From Candidatus Poseidoniales archaeon (GTDB taxonomy: Archaea > Thermoplasmatota > Poseidoniia > Poseidoniales > Thalassarchaeaceae): 64,000 nucleotides of DNA. Below the pieces are notes generated by a model. The model saw only the letters and a program-made list of their open reading frames with translations, was not told the origin of the DNA and did not search any database. The position numbers and the translations under genes were made by a program. Positions 9,236 through 18,592 of the stretch are shown here, piece by piece (position 1 is the first letter of the stretch; every line of letters begins with the position of its first letter). Where the stretch lies: positions 30,195-94,194 of the forward strand of contig DTUF01000022.1 in NCBI GenBank assembly GCA_012964335.1, written 5' to 3'.

Positions 9236-11308
9236 ATGGGCGAGTTCCAACCATATGTGCCGGCGTCCGTAACTCTACCAGAATTGACAGTACGTGCAAT
9301 CATTCTTGGCCTAGTATTAGGAGCGTTAATGACTGCTGCTAATACATATCTTGGTCTTTACATTGGAATGACTGTATCCGCTTCAATACCTGCCGCAGTA
9401 ATGTCAATGTTGCTGCTACGCATGTTTCGTTTCAAAGATGTTAGTATCCTAGAGAACAATATCGTCCAAACAATGACTTCTGCGGGTGAGAGTCTTGCTG
9501 CTGGGATAATTTTCACTATGCCTGCACTACTTGTAATGGGTAGAGAAATGGACACATTAACCACATTCATTGTAGCAATCTTAGGTGGTATCCTTGGTAC
9601 AATTTTCACAATTACATTAAGGAGAGTATTCATCGTAGAAGAAGCACTTCTCTATCCGGAAGGAATTGCGTGTGAAGAAGTGCTGATTGCAGGAGAAAAA
9701 GGGGGTAGCCAACTTATTGTCATCCTTTATGCCTTAGGACTAGGGGCACTATACGGATGGATGGTAAAAGGATTTGAGTTGACACAGGCTAAAGTTGAGG
9801 TTGCAGTAGAAGTAATTGGAATTAGGATCTATTCAGCCCTTGACTATTCACTATCATTAGTTGCTGTTGGTTGGATTGTAGGATTAAATATTGCTTCCTA
9901 CATCTTTTTTGGTGCAGTGCTAGGTATATTCATTCTAACTCCAATTTACGGGATGACCTATGGTTGGCCAGTAGACACGGATTTAGCTCATGGATTCAAA
10001 ACACTCTGGGCTACACATATTCGATTCGTTGGTGTTGGATGTATGGTTGTTGGTGGACTCTGGACACTAATTGATATGAGAAAGACGATTTCAAGGGGTC
10101 TGAAGAAAGCGTTAAAATCAGGCATGACTGAATCAGAAATATCTACCATTAGGACTGAACAAGATATTCCAATGAATCGGGCATTTATCGGTCTTGCAGT
10201 AGTTGCTTTGTTGACTTTTGTTTTCTATTGGTGGAAAACGGGTTCTCTTACATTAGCGATAGTAGGTGCATTGTTTTTGGCTATTACGGCGTTTTTCTTT
10301 TCAGCAGTTGCTGGATATATTGCTGGGGTTGTTGGGTCATCTAATTCACCAGTATCAGGTATGACAATTGCAACATTGATGGCTACATCTCTTGTTGTTT
10401 GGATTGTTGGCGGTATATTCCTGAATATGAAACAAGAAGATTTGATGTATGCTACTTTGATTATCGCATCTGTTGTTGCTGTCAATGCCGCAATAGCAGG
10501 AGATGTTATGCAAGATTTGAAAACTGGTTACTTAATTGGTGCCACACCATGGAAACAACAAACGGCTGAACTTATTGGAGTTATTGTAGGAGCCGTTGTT
10601 GCCCCTCTTACCTTAACTGTTCTAAATGAAGCATTTAGGATTACACCTACTTACTGTGCAACAAATCCCCACCCCGAATGGGGGTGTGATAAAGTTTTAG
10701 AAGCACCTCAGGCTGAAATTATAGGAACTTTGATTGAAGGATTATTTGGTGGAACAGTAAATTACCCAATGTTGTTTCTAGGAATTGCAGTAGCATGTAT
10801 CATCATTGGGTCTAGATGGTACCTTGGAAAGAATGGTCCATCATTACCAATCATGTCAATCGCAATTGGAATGTATTTACCATTCTACTTATCCTCAACT
10901 ATTTTCCTTGGCGGTATTCTAAATCACTTAGTCACTCGTACAACCCACCTTAGAGTGGATGGGACATTGAAGGGAGTACCTTCTGAATCCGCAGTAACTG
11001 CTGGTAAAAAATTAATCAGTCGCGGCACTCTATTATCTGCTGGATTAATTGCTGGTGAAGCTCTGATGGGTGTATTAATTGCTGTATTTATCATCATAGG
11101 AATTGCTCCAAACGGATGGTTGCCTTTCCTTGGAACTCTAGGCCCTATTCTATCCACGATGTTCTTCTTGTGGTTCTTTGGGGTATTTACCTGGCTTGTA
11201 ACTAGAAACCTACCCCCTTCAAAAAGGCCGTTCTCTTTACTGTTTAATTGGGGCGCTGTAATCATTGACGGTGCTCGTAGAATAATTAACAAAGTGAGGG
11301 TACAATAA
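9236..11308 (+). CDS. OPT-family oligopeptide transporter
   Basis: 690 aa, about 16 TM segments. N-terminal YVPASVTLPELTVRAIILG...ANTYLGLYIGMTVSASIPAAV is typical of the OPT superfamily. Internal SPVSGMTIATL motif. ATG start. Confidence 0.7.
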   Translation: MGEFQPYVPASVTLPELTVRAIILGLVLGALMTAANTYLGLYIGMTVSASIPAAVMSMLLLRMFRFKDVSILENNIVQTMTSAGESLAAGIIFTMPALLVMGREMDTLTTFIVAILGGILGTIFTITLRRVFIVEEALLYPEGIACEEVLIAGEKGGSQLIVILYALGLGALYGWMVKGFELTQAKVEVAVEVIGIRIYSALDYSLSLVAVGWIVGLNIASYIFFGAVLGIFILTPIYGMTYGWPVDTDLAHGFKTLWATHIRFVGVGCMVVGGLWTLIDMRKTISRGLKKALKSGMTESEISTIRTEQDIPMNRAFIGLAVVALLTFVFYWWKTGSLTLAIVGALFLAITAFFFSAVAGYIAGVVGSSNSPVSGMTIATLMATSLVVWIVGGIFLNMKQEDLMYATLIIASVVAVNAAIAGDVMQDLKTGYLIGATPWKQQTAELIGVIVGAVVAPLTLTVLNEAFRITPTYCATNPHPEWGCDKVLEAPQAEIIGTLIEGLFGGTVNYPMLFLGIAVACIIIGSRWYLGKNGPSLPIMSIAIGMYLPFYLSSTIFLGGILNHLVTRTTHLRVDGTLKGVPSESAVTAGKKLISRGTLLSAGLIAGEALMGVLIAVFIIIGIAPNGWLPFLGTLGPILSTMFFLWFFGVFTWLVTRNLPPSKRPFSLLFNWGAVIIDGARRIINKVRVQ

Positions 11309-11354
11309 TTCTTGAAATTAAATTAAGATTAGAAACCATCAAAGGCTTACGGAA

Positions 11355-12224
11355 ATGCAACCCCGTTGGGGAAGGACTGTGATGAGTACAGAAAATGGGA
11401 CGGAAAATGATTTTTCGTCTATTGATCAACTCTTAGAATGTGCGAAAAGTTGTCGAAGAAACATCGTAAAGATGGTACACCGCGCTAATGCAGGACATCC
11501 CGGCGGCTCACTTTCTGCGATAGATATACTTGTGGCATTATACAAAACAAGATTGAATGTAGACGCATCGAATCCAGAAGACCCTGACCGAGACCGATTC
11601 ATAATGAGTAAAGGACATGCATCACCAGCAGTATATTCAATTTTACACGAGATGGGTTATCTCTCTAGTGATGATTTGACTAAATATCGCGTTATGGGTG
11701 GGGTGTGCCAAGGCCATGTAGATATGACGTGGACTCCTGGGGTTGACTTTTCTGCAGGTAGTCTAGGTATGGGTCTTTCATTTGGTTTAGGAACCGCGCT
11801 AGCAGCCTCTTTAGACGGTTCTTCCCGTACTTCATTTGTTATGCTAGGTGATGGTGAATTACAAGAGGGACAAGTTTGGGAAGCGGCAATGGCCGCAGTA
11901 CATCATGAAGTTGGAAACCTCAAGGTTTTTGTCGATAGAAACAGAATCCAAAATGATGATTTTTGTGAAAACCAGATGAGAATGTTTGATGTCGCTGACA
12001 AGTGGGCAGGATTTGGTTGGGCAGTTCATGAATGTGATGGCCACGATATGAATGCAATACTAGGGGCTATTGAGTGGCTGGATTCCATTACGGATGGACC
12101 TGCGGTTGTTATTGCACATACTATCAAAGGCAAGGGTGTTTCTTTCATGGAAGATAATCCCTCATTCCATGGTGCAGCACCCAATGATGAACAACTCCAA
12201 ATTGCACTGGAGGAATTGAAATGA
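11355..12224 (+). CDS. transketolase, N-terminal (TPP-binding) subunit
   Basis: AGHPGGSLSAIDILVALY and GDGELQEGQVWEA motifs of the transketolase N-terminal domain. 289 aa. atga overlap with the downstream C-terminal subunit gene. Confidence 0.85.
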   Translation: MQPRWGRTVMSTENGTENDFSSIDQLLECAKSCRRNIVKMVHRANAGHPGGSLSAIDILVALYKTRLNVDASNPEDPDRDRFIMSKGHASPAVYSILHEMGYLSSDDLTKYRVMGGVCQGHVDMTWTPGVDFSAGSLGMGLSFGLGTALAASLDGSSRTSFVMLGDGELQEGQVWEAAMAAVHHEVGNLKVFVDRNRIQNDDFCENQMRMFDVADKWAGFGWAVHECDGHDMNAILGAIEWLDSITDGPAVVIAHTIKGKGVSFMEDNPSFHGAAPNDEQLQIALEELK

Positions 12225-13156
12225 AATTAGCTGCATCTAGAGACGGTTACGGGTCTGCTTTGGTTAAACTTTCTACAGATCCAGCAGTAATCGTAGTAGA
12301 AGCTGATTTAGGTAAATCTACAAAAAGTCAGAATTTTAGAAAGTTGCACCCTGAAAGAACAATCTCATTAGGGATAGCTGAACAAAATATGATGTTAGTG
12401 TCAGCTGGTTTAGCAACAAGTGGATACAAGCCATTTGCATCAACATTTGCTATATTCACAGAAAGAGCATTTGAACAAGTTCGTAATGGAATTGCTAGAC
12501 CAAATATCCCTGTACATATTTGTGGCAGCCACGGTGGTATTCACACCGGCACAGATGGTTCATCAGCACAATCGATTGAAGACCTAGCCATCTATCGTAG
12601 TTTACCTAATATGTTAGTTTTACATCCTAGTGATTTCAACAGTACTGAACAGTTGACAATTCAATTAGCAAGCACCAATTCCCCCTCATATACTCGGACA
12701 GCTCGCAATAAAACTCCGGTGATATATGATGAAGATGCAGCCTCAAAATTAGAACTTGGTAAGGGGGCGATACTCTCAGAAGGAGAAGATGTTGCAATAA
12801 TTGCTTGCGGAGTAATGGTGTCAAGAGCAATAGAAGCTGCTGAAGGACTTTCTAGAATTGGAATTAATGCAACCGTTGTGGATATGCATACAATAAAACC
12901 ACTAGATGGTAAATTAATCTCAGCCTTGGCAGAAAAATGTGGTTGTTTTGTAACCGCTGAAGACCACTCAATTATTGGTGGGCTTGGTGGGGCAGTGGCT
13001 GAACATTTAGTTGAGAATTGTCCTGCCCCTCTGGAAAGAGTTGGCGTATCTGATCACTTCGGACAGTCAGGCGATGGAGATGAATTATTAGAACAATTTT
13101 CTATGGGAACTAATCATATTATTTCCGCAGTACAACGAACAATTCAACGTAAGTAA
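12221..13156 (+). CDS. transketolase, C-terminal (pyrimidine-binding) subunit
   Basis: 311 aa. Start codon overlaps the stop of the N-terminal subunit gene (ATGA). Split-transketolase architecture common in archaea. Confidence 0.85.
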   Translation: MKLAASRDGYGSALVKLSTDPAVIVVEADLGKSTKSQNFRKLHPERTISLGIAEQNMMLVSAGLATSGYKPFASTFAIFTERAFEQVRNGIARPNIPVHICGSHGGIHTGTDGSSAQSIEDLAIYRSLPNMLVLHPSDFNSTEQLTIQLASTNSPSYTRTARNKTPVIYDEDAASKLELGKGAILSEGEDVAIIACGVMVSRAIEAAEGLSRIGINATVVDMHTIKPLDGKLISALAEKCGCFVTAEDHSIIGGLGGAVAEHLVENCPAPLERVGVSDHFGQSGDGDELLEQFSMGTNHIISAVQRTIQRK

Positions 13157-13231
13157 ATAGTTGTTTTAAAAACCGTTCAATCAATGCTTTGATGAACAAA
13201 CAGCATTTGGACTAGGGTAGGTGTAGTATCA

Positions 13232-13786
13232 ATGGGCGACAATTCTGAGAAATTGAAGCAGTTGCTTGATGGTGAATTAGGTCCTGATGCATTAGAAGAG
13301 GATCCAATCCTTGCAAAATTAGCAGAGAGAATTTACGGAGAGGATTTCCTTGAGAAAATGGGCCTATCTAGAGGTGAATCTAAACGTGCTCTTTCAGAAA
13401 GTCTATCAGACGATGACGAAAACGATTTATTAATTGAAGTAATACCCTCTTTTGAATCAGATCTTGAGCCATTTGATGCACCTACATCACCGCCTCGAAT
13501 TAACGAAACCGGCGGAATGAGTAAGGCTGGGTTAGGTATTGGTTCAATATTCCTAATTGTAGGTATAGCTAATTTGTTAGGTCTTCTTTCCTTCTTAGGC
13601 AACAATTGTACTGGCGGTGGTTGCCCAACGGATGGACATACACGTATGAATTGGGTAAGTCTTGGACACTTAGACAATGGCTGGGGTTGGTCTCCTCCCG
13701 CCTTTGATGGTAGCATCGGGATTCCAGATATTGCGGTATTAGGAATTGGAATTATTGCATTACTTTGGACTTACATGAAACGTTAA
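13232..13786 (+). CDS. hypothetical membrane protein (acidic N-terminal region, 2 TM helices, Cys/Gly-rich loop)
   Basis: 184 aa. ATG start 75 nt after transketolase. TM helices GLGIGSIFLIVGIANLLGLL and IAVLGIGIIALLW flank CTGGGCPTDGH. No family recognised. Confidence 0.35.
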   Translation: MGDNSEKLKQLLDGELGPDALEEDPILAKLAERIYGEDFLEKMGLSRGESKRALSESLSDDDENDLLIEVIPSFESDLEPFDAPTSPPRINETGGMSKAGLGIGSIFLIVGIANLLGLLSFLGNNCTGGGCPTDGHTRMNWVSLGHLDNGWGWSPPAFDGSIGIPDIAVLGIGIIALLWTYMKR

Positions 13787-13798
13787 TACCGTTTCAAC

Positions 13799-15292
13799 TC
13801 AATACATTCTTGCAAGATGATTTCTCTTTGTAGTCATTTTGCCACTGATGATGCAGGGTTTTTCATGCTCAAATGGGGTCATACAGTCTCCTAGAATTGT
13901 TAACCCTGTTGTTTTCTCTAGAACTTCTGCATCTGCATCACTTCCATCAAAGGCAATCTCGTAGATGATGCCGTCTTTTAATTCGGCATCAAGGGAAGAT
14001 AAAGGAGCCACCATCTCATTTAGGACTGATGTAGTTCTTGACGCTAATTCGGATTCAATTTCTTTCAATTCATTAGAAACCTCCTTAACAATATCATCTA
14101 TTTTTAGAGGTTGTTTTCCACCAGTCCTTCTAGCCGCAAATGCTGTTCCATTTTCAATATCTCTTGGACCAATCTCAAGTCTTAATGGGACCCCCTTGAT
14201 TTCCCAATCATAGAATTTCTGTCCTGCTCTTTTCTCACGATCATCAATGTGTGCTCTAAGACCCGATGACCTAAGTTTTTCTGCGATTGAAATAACAGTT
14301 TCCATTACCGCTTCACTTTTATGCGCAGCCACAGGAATCAATACTACATGGATAGGCGCTGATTTTGGAGGGAATATCAAACCATCATCATCCCCGTGAG
14401 TACCCACAACTGCACCGAGTAATCTTTCCGACATGCCGTAAGTTGTCTGATGGCAATTCTTGTGTTTCCCATCTACGTCCTCGTATGTAATGCCAAATGC
14501 TTCTGCCCATTGGTCACGGTAATGATGGCACGAAGCCACCTGTAGAGTTCTGCCGTTGGGCATAATAACATCAATTGCAATAGTATACCAAGCACCGGGG
14601 AAGGTATCCCATACCGGCCTTTTTGAAACAATAATAGGTAAACAAAGATCTGACATGATATTATCTACAATTTCCAAATCCTCTTGAATTTGCGCCGATG
14701 CGTCTGCTTCATCTTTGTGTGCGGTATGTGCTTCAAAGAAGTGAATTTCTCTTACCCTTATGAATGTCCGAGTTTGTTTTGTCTCGTAACGGAAAGTGTT
14801 GACGATTTGGTAGGTCTTCAATGGTAGGTCTGAATGGCTTCGAATCCATAAAGGAAACAAAGTGTACATTGCTGTCTCTGAGGTAGGTCTGAGAAACATT
14901 GGGACATCTAGTTCTGTATCACCCGCGTGTTTGACCCAGTAGACTTCCTTGCTAAACCCTTCAACCCCCTCATCAAATCTAAGTTCACTGACATCCACAC
15001 CTGCCTCGCGTGCAGCTTGTAATCGAGACACGAGTTGATTCTCTTTTTCCAATAGGTCTTCTGGTATCAAAAGAGGGAAGTTGACTTCATCATGACCTGT
15101 TCTCTCCATTTCAGCATGAGTCAATGCATCAATGAATTTCATGGCCTTCCAACCGTACGGGCGCCATACATCCATCCCTTTAATGGGATACCTCTTATCG
15201 ACAAGGTCAGCAATTTCCACTATTGCGGGGTACCAAGCATTGAAATCAGACTTGGCGGGAATTCCCCGCTTTGCTTTGCCCTGGTTACCCAT
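13799..15292 (-). CDS. proS: proline--tRNA ligase (archaeal/eukaryotic type)
   Basis: 497 aa. Class II aaRS core with archaeal-type ProRS N-terminus (FNAWYPAIVEIADLVDKRYPIKGMDVWRPYGW). ATG start. Confidence 0.85.
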   Translation of the reverse strand: MGNQGKAKRGIPAKSDFNAWYPAIVEIADLVDKRYPIKGMDVWRPYGWKAMKFIDALTHAEMERTGHDEVNFPLLIPEDLLEKENQLVSRLQAAREAGVDVSELRFDEGVEGFSKEVYWVKHAGDTELDVPMFLRPTSETAMYTLFPLWIRSHSDLPLKTYQIVNTFRYETKQTRTFIRVREIHFFEAHTAHKDEADASAQIQEDLEIVDNIMSDLCLPIIVSKRPVWDTFPGAWYTIAIDVIMPNGRTLQVASCHHYRDQWAEAFGITYEDVDGKHKNCHQTTYGMSERLLGAVVGTHGDDDGLIFPPKSAPIHVVLIPVAAHKSEAVMETVISIAEKLRSSGLRAHIDDREKRAGQKFYDWEIKGVPLRLEIGPRDIENGTAFAARRTGGKQPLKIDDIVKEVSNELKEIESELASRTTSVLNEMVAPLSSLDAELKDGIIYEIAFDGSDADAEVLEKTTGLTILGDCMTPFEHEKPCIISGKMTTKRNHLARMY

Positions 15293-15324
15293 GATGTCGC
15301 CGGTCTACCCATCCGGCTTGAATA

Positions 15325-15615
15325 CTACGCTACTAAATTGGTGTTAGGAGGCCGAGTTGGGTTGATTATCGCTAGTACCGCAGCAACCATCCAAACTAAT
15401 TCTAGTACAACAAAAGCCCATTCACCGGTATGTAATGCCCTAATTCCTAAGATTGCTGAACCTACAGCCATTAAAAGCAGATATTTCATTCCGCGACTAT
15501 TGAGGTAACCTCTAGTCTCTAAAATAAATGCTATCAGAATACAGAACATTCCAATAAACGATGCTATACTGGTAATTGGTTCAAGGCTAGCCAAGGCGAT
15601 GGTAGATTCAGTCAT
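15325..15615 (-). CDS. small 3-TM membrane protein, hypothetical
   Basis: 96 aa with ATG start. Start overlaps the coaBC 3' end by 8 nt, which suggests coupling. Three hydrophobic helices. Confidence 0.35.
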   Translation of the reverse strand: MTESTIALASLEPITSIASFIGMFCILIAFILETRGYLNSRGMKYLLLMAVGSAILGIRALHTGEWAFVVLELVWMVAAVLAIINPTRPPNTNLVA

Positions 15616-16816
15616 CGTCTACTTGTGATAACCTCTTCTCAATTACTTTTGCCATAGAAAAATTGTCTTCCAAGTCAATTATTGTCCCTTTTGTATCTAC
15701 CCAGTAGGCTCGTACTGGCCCATGATCCACATTTTCCAAATGGTTCGCAATTACGGCATCTAACCTGTTATTCTTCAATGAATCAAGGGCTGATTCAATC
15801 AATTGTTGTTTCGAATATCCAGATTCTAGCTTAAATCCAATTTTTAAATCATCTACACATGATTTACTAATAATGTCAATATGTTTTCTTGATTTTTGCA
15901 ATTCAATTGACAAAGTATCTTTTCCAGATTTTATCTTATTCTCATTTGAATTGGTAACAGTATAGTCAAGTACCGCTGCAGAAAATATCCAAGCATTTGG
16001 TGGATTCGGACTTTTAGAGATGTTAACGAGTTCAGAAAGCATTGATTCAGGTTCCATACACACTCTAATATCCTGCATACTTAAGGGTGAGTTAAAAGTT
16101 ACTACACCCCTTATAATAGTGACCTGATGCCCCATTCTATAGAGATAGTCAGCAATATCAAAACCGGTCTTTCCAGTTGATGTATTCTGAACCCACCTTA
16201 CAGAATCTATTGCACTACGAGTTGCGCCTAAAGTTATAGCAACCCGTTTCCTATTAGGTAGATTTGTATTAATTAAATGACAAAGTAACCCAATAATCTG
16301 TACTACATCTGGTTGTTTGTTTCGACCTTCTTGCTCTTCTCCCCAGAATACATCGTGACCAAATTCTTGCAATTCTTTACATAGATCCTCAGTTACAACA
16401 TCTTGTGAAAGAGAGTTATGCATGCTGGGGATAAAAAGCATAGGTAAGTTACGTCCTCGAGCCGCACTTAGTGCCATTTGCATTGGCGTGTCTAGTATGC
16501 CATGTATATGACAACCAATTGTATGTCGCGTTGCAGGACATACTAATACAGCATCAACTAACTCTAGTTGAGCCATATCAGCATCCCAATCTGTTACGAC
16601 TTGAGATTGACTAGCCCATTCAATCGCCAAAGGGGAAATTATTTCTTGAGCCGAGTGAGTCATAACAACGGTAATTTTTGCTCCATGACGTCGCAATTCC
16701 CTGAGCAACCTAACACTATCGACAACTGCAATTCCGCCACTAATAGCCACTAAAATGTGTTTATCAGAAAGTGCGTCGGATGAAACATCAACGCCAATGT
16801 CACTAGTATCACTCAT
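15608..16816 (-). CDS. coaBC: bifunctional phosphopantothenoylcysteine decarboxylase / phosphopantothenate-cysteine ligase (CoaBC/Dfp)
   Basis: N-terminal flavoprotein domain (ILVAISGGIAVVDSVRLLRELRRHGAKITVVMT) plus C-terminal CoaB domain. ORF-track start 16864 is TTG; ATG at 16816 gives a typical length of about 402 aa. Confidence 0.8.
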   Translation of the reverse strand: MSDTSDIGVDVSSDALSDKHILVAISGGIAVVDSVRLLRELRRHGAKITVVMTHSAQEIISPLAIEWASQSQVVTDWDADMAQLELVDAVLVCPATRHTIGCHIHGILDTPMQMALSAARGRNLPMLFIPSMHNSLSQDVVTEDLCKELQEFGHDVFWGEEQEGRNKQPDVVQIIGLLCHLINTNLPNRKRVAITLGATRSAIDSVRWVQNTSTGKTGFDIADYLYRMGHQVTIIRGVVTFNSPLSMQDIRVCMEPESMLSELVNISKSPNPPNAWIFSAAVLDYTVTNSNENKIKSGKDTLSIELQKSRKHIDIISKSCVDDLKIGFKLESGYSKQQLIESALDSLKNNRLDAVIANHLENVDHGPVRAYWVDTKGTIIDLEDNFSMAKVIEKRLSQVDDD

Positions 16817-16822
16817 TATTGG

Positions 16823-17485
16823 ATGGGATTTGGTAGTCTCCTTTACGGCTATCGGTTCCACCAAACTGAATTAGTTGGGCTAATTCGAACCGACATGGAC
16901 GGGGACCTGGCCACCATTCAACGAGTTCATCGCAGTATGTCTAGCACTTTGTTATGGTTAACTCTCTTGTTTTTCTTTTTGCTTTTGTCATTCTCACTAA
17001 GCCTTGACGGGGTATTATCACAAGTAGGAATGCTGATTTCAATTCTAACATTGACAGCTGGAATGACAATATATTATGGCTTTTCTAGAAGAAAAATTTG
17101 GGCGTACAGACTCGCTTTAGTTCATTGGTTATTCCTAATTCTAATTTGTTCTTTGATTACTATTATAGATTTGATATCAGGTATTCAAGGTAGTATAATG
17201 TCCGCAATAATGGCAATTATGCTGATATTCATTGTAATTGGTATGGTGAAAAGATTTACAACTTTTTCAAATCCTTTGTTTATGGCATGGTATATTGGAC
17301 AATCAACCAACATACTCGCTTCATCAGAGTTGCAATCAAATGAAATGATGGGGGCTTGTCCACATTGCTTATCGATACTTGCGGTCAAACCACTTGAATT
17401 GAGTGGTGAAGATTTATGTCCGAATTGTGGGGAGAAACTTGTTTCAGATGAAGTAGTTTCAAAATTTTCAGGTGAAGAGGAATAA
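16823..17485 (+). CDS. hypothetical membrane protein with C-terminal zinc ribbon
   Basis: ATG at 16823. Four predicted TM helices, then CPHC...(13 aa)...CPNCG and an acidic tail. Converges on the actin-like gene. Confidence 0.35.
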   Translation: MGFGSLLYGYRFHQTELVGLIRTDMDGDLATIQRVHRSMSSTLLWLTLLFFFLLLSFSLSLDGVLSQVGMLISILTLTAGMTIYYGFSRRKIWAYRLALVHWLFLILICSLITIIDLISGIQGSIMSAIMAIMLIFIVIGMVKRFTTFSNPLFMAWYIGQSTNILASSELQSNEMMGACPHCLSILAVKPLELSGEDLCPNCGEKLVSDEVVSKFSGEEE

Positions 17486-17492
17486 CCAATCT

Positions 17493-18515
17493 TCAGTCAG
17501 ATATGGTTAGATTCTTCCAGTATTCTTCTGGTACTTCTTGAGACAATCTGAGAGCACCCTCTGCACCTAACATCACTGGGTCCTCTACAATGTGGACTGT
17601 GATGCCGCCGAGGTCTGCGAGTCTTTCTTCAATGGATGCTCCTAAACCTCTAATGCCAGACCCACCACCTGCTAGGATTATGTTTTGTCGGAATCCATCA
17701 TGATATTCAGGATTAGAATCAGCAATAAGGGATTTCAAATTTTCAATTATTGGATTAATAATCGTTTCACAAGCAGATGAAATACAGTCTGTAATATCTA
17801 ATGACATTGCTTTCCCCTCAATTGAGAAGTCAACAACAACTGGATCCTTAGGTGGGGAAGTACTAGTGAATGAAAATTGTTCTTTCCAGCGTCTAGCCAT
17901 ATCTTTGGTAATCTGTGCGCCGACATATTTCCGTTGAATCGCTTCAATTAGATTTAGGTCTATCACATCTCCAGCCTGTTTAATATGTAATTGATCTTCA
18001 GGGCGGGGTATAGTTCCATACACTCTGCATATATCTGTTGTACCAGCCCCAATATCTACTACCATCGTGTGGTCCAACATGTCAAGAGCATAAGCAACTG
18101 CAAATGGTTCAGAAATAATCATGCAAGCGTTGACTGTACCAGCTGCAGCATCAAAAATTGCTGTTTTGTCAACGTGACTGGCTTCCGCTGGTGCTCCTAT
18201 CACTGCAACTACTCTGTCATAATCTTCCGGGTCTGCGAGATTCATCATATGGTTAATGAAGTGAGCGATGAATTTCTTATCTTCTGGAGTATCCTTGATT
18301 ACCCCATGTTCAAGAGGTCGATAAAGGTTCAATGCTAAACGATTTTTCAGTGCTTCTTCTCCAAATAAAACATCTCGTCGCAGGAAATTTTTTGCAATGG
18401 AATCCTTTGGTGTTCCTATCACCGTTAGAACCTGTTCTTTGTGTTTATCATTCGAAACCATGACCGACCTAAACGTACCTAAGTCAACACCGATGTAGAG
18501 AGTATCTTTCGCCAT
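17493..18515 (-). CDS. actin-fold ATPase, MreB/ParM/Ta0583-like
   Basis: ASKHA motifs: phosphate-1 IGVDLGTFRS, phosphate-2 VVDIGAGTTDICRV, adenosine IILAGGGSGIRGL, C-terminal VEDPVMLGAEGA. These closely parallel MreB (VVDIGGGTTEVAV / VLTGGGALLRNL / AEDPLTCVARGG). About 340 aa. ORF-track start 18524 is GTG; ATG at 18515 (MAKDTLYIGVDLGT). Confidence 0.65.
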   Translation of the reverse strand: MAKDTLYIGVDLGTFRSVMVSNDKHKEQVLTVIGTPKDSIAKNFLRRDVLFGEEALKNRLALNLYRPLEHGVIKDTPEDKKFIAHFINHMMNLADPEDYDRVVAVIGAPAEASHVDKTAIFDAAAGTVNACMIISEPFAVAYALDMLDHTMVVDIGAGTTDICRVYGTIPRPEDQLHIKQAGDVIDLNLIEAIQRKYVGAQITKDMARRWKEQFSFTSTSPPKDPVVVDFSIEGKAMSLDITDCISSACETIINPIIENLKSLIADSNPEYHDGFRQNIILAGGGSGIRGLGASIEERLADLGGITVHIVEDPVMLGAEGALRLSQEVPEEYWKNLTISD

Positions 18516-18530
18516 TGTATCCACCGTTAT

Positions 18531-18560
18531 CCCTGCTCCGCAGGGGACGGTATATCAATA
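18531..18560 (-). promoter_or_regulatory. putative TATA-like element (TTGATATA on minus strand, 18551-18560) followed by a GC hairpin (CCCTGC-TCC-GCAGGG, 18531-18545) upstream of the actin-like gene
   Basis: TATA-like element sits about 30-40 nt upstream of the start codon. The perfect 6-bp GC stem lies between it and the start. A second TATA-like CTATAAAT overlaps the upstream gene's stop (18591-18598). Confidence 0.2.
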
Positions 18561-18592
18561 ATCCCTATCATTTGTTTACAAAGGCTGCTGAT

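Noticed and set aside
16841-16930. GGTTCGAAT-like string that might be a tRNA T-arm
   Set aside because: No acceptor-stem, D-arm or anticodon-arm complementarity can be built around it. It lies at the coaBC start and inside the start of the 16823 ORF. No convincing tRNA was found in any intergenic region.
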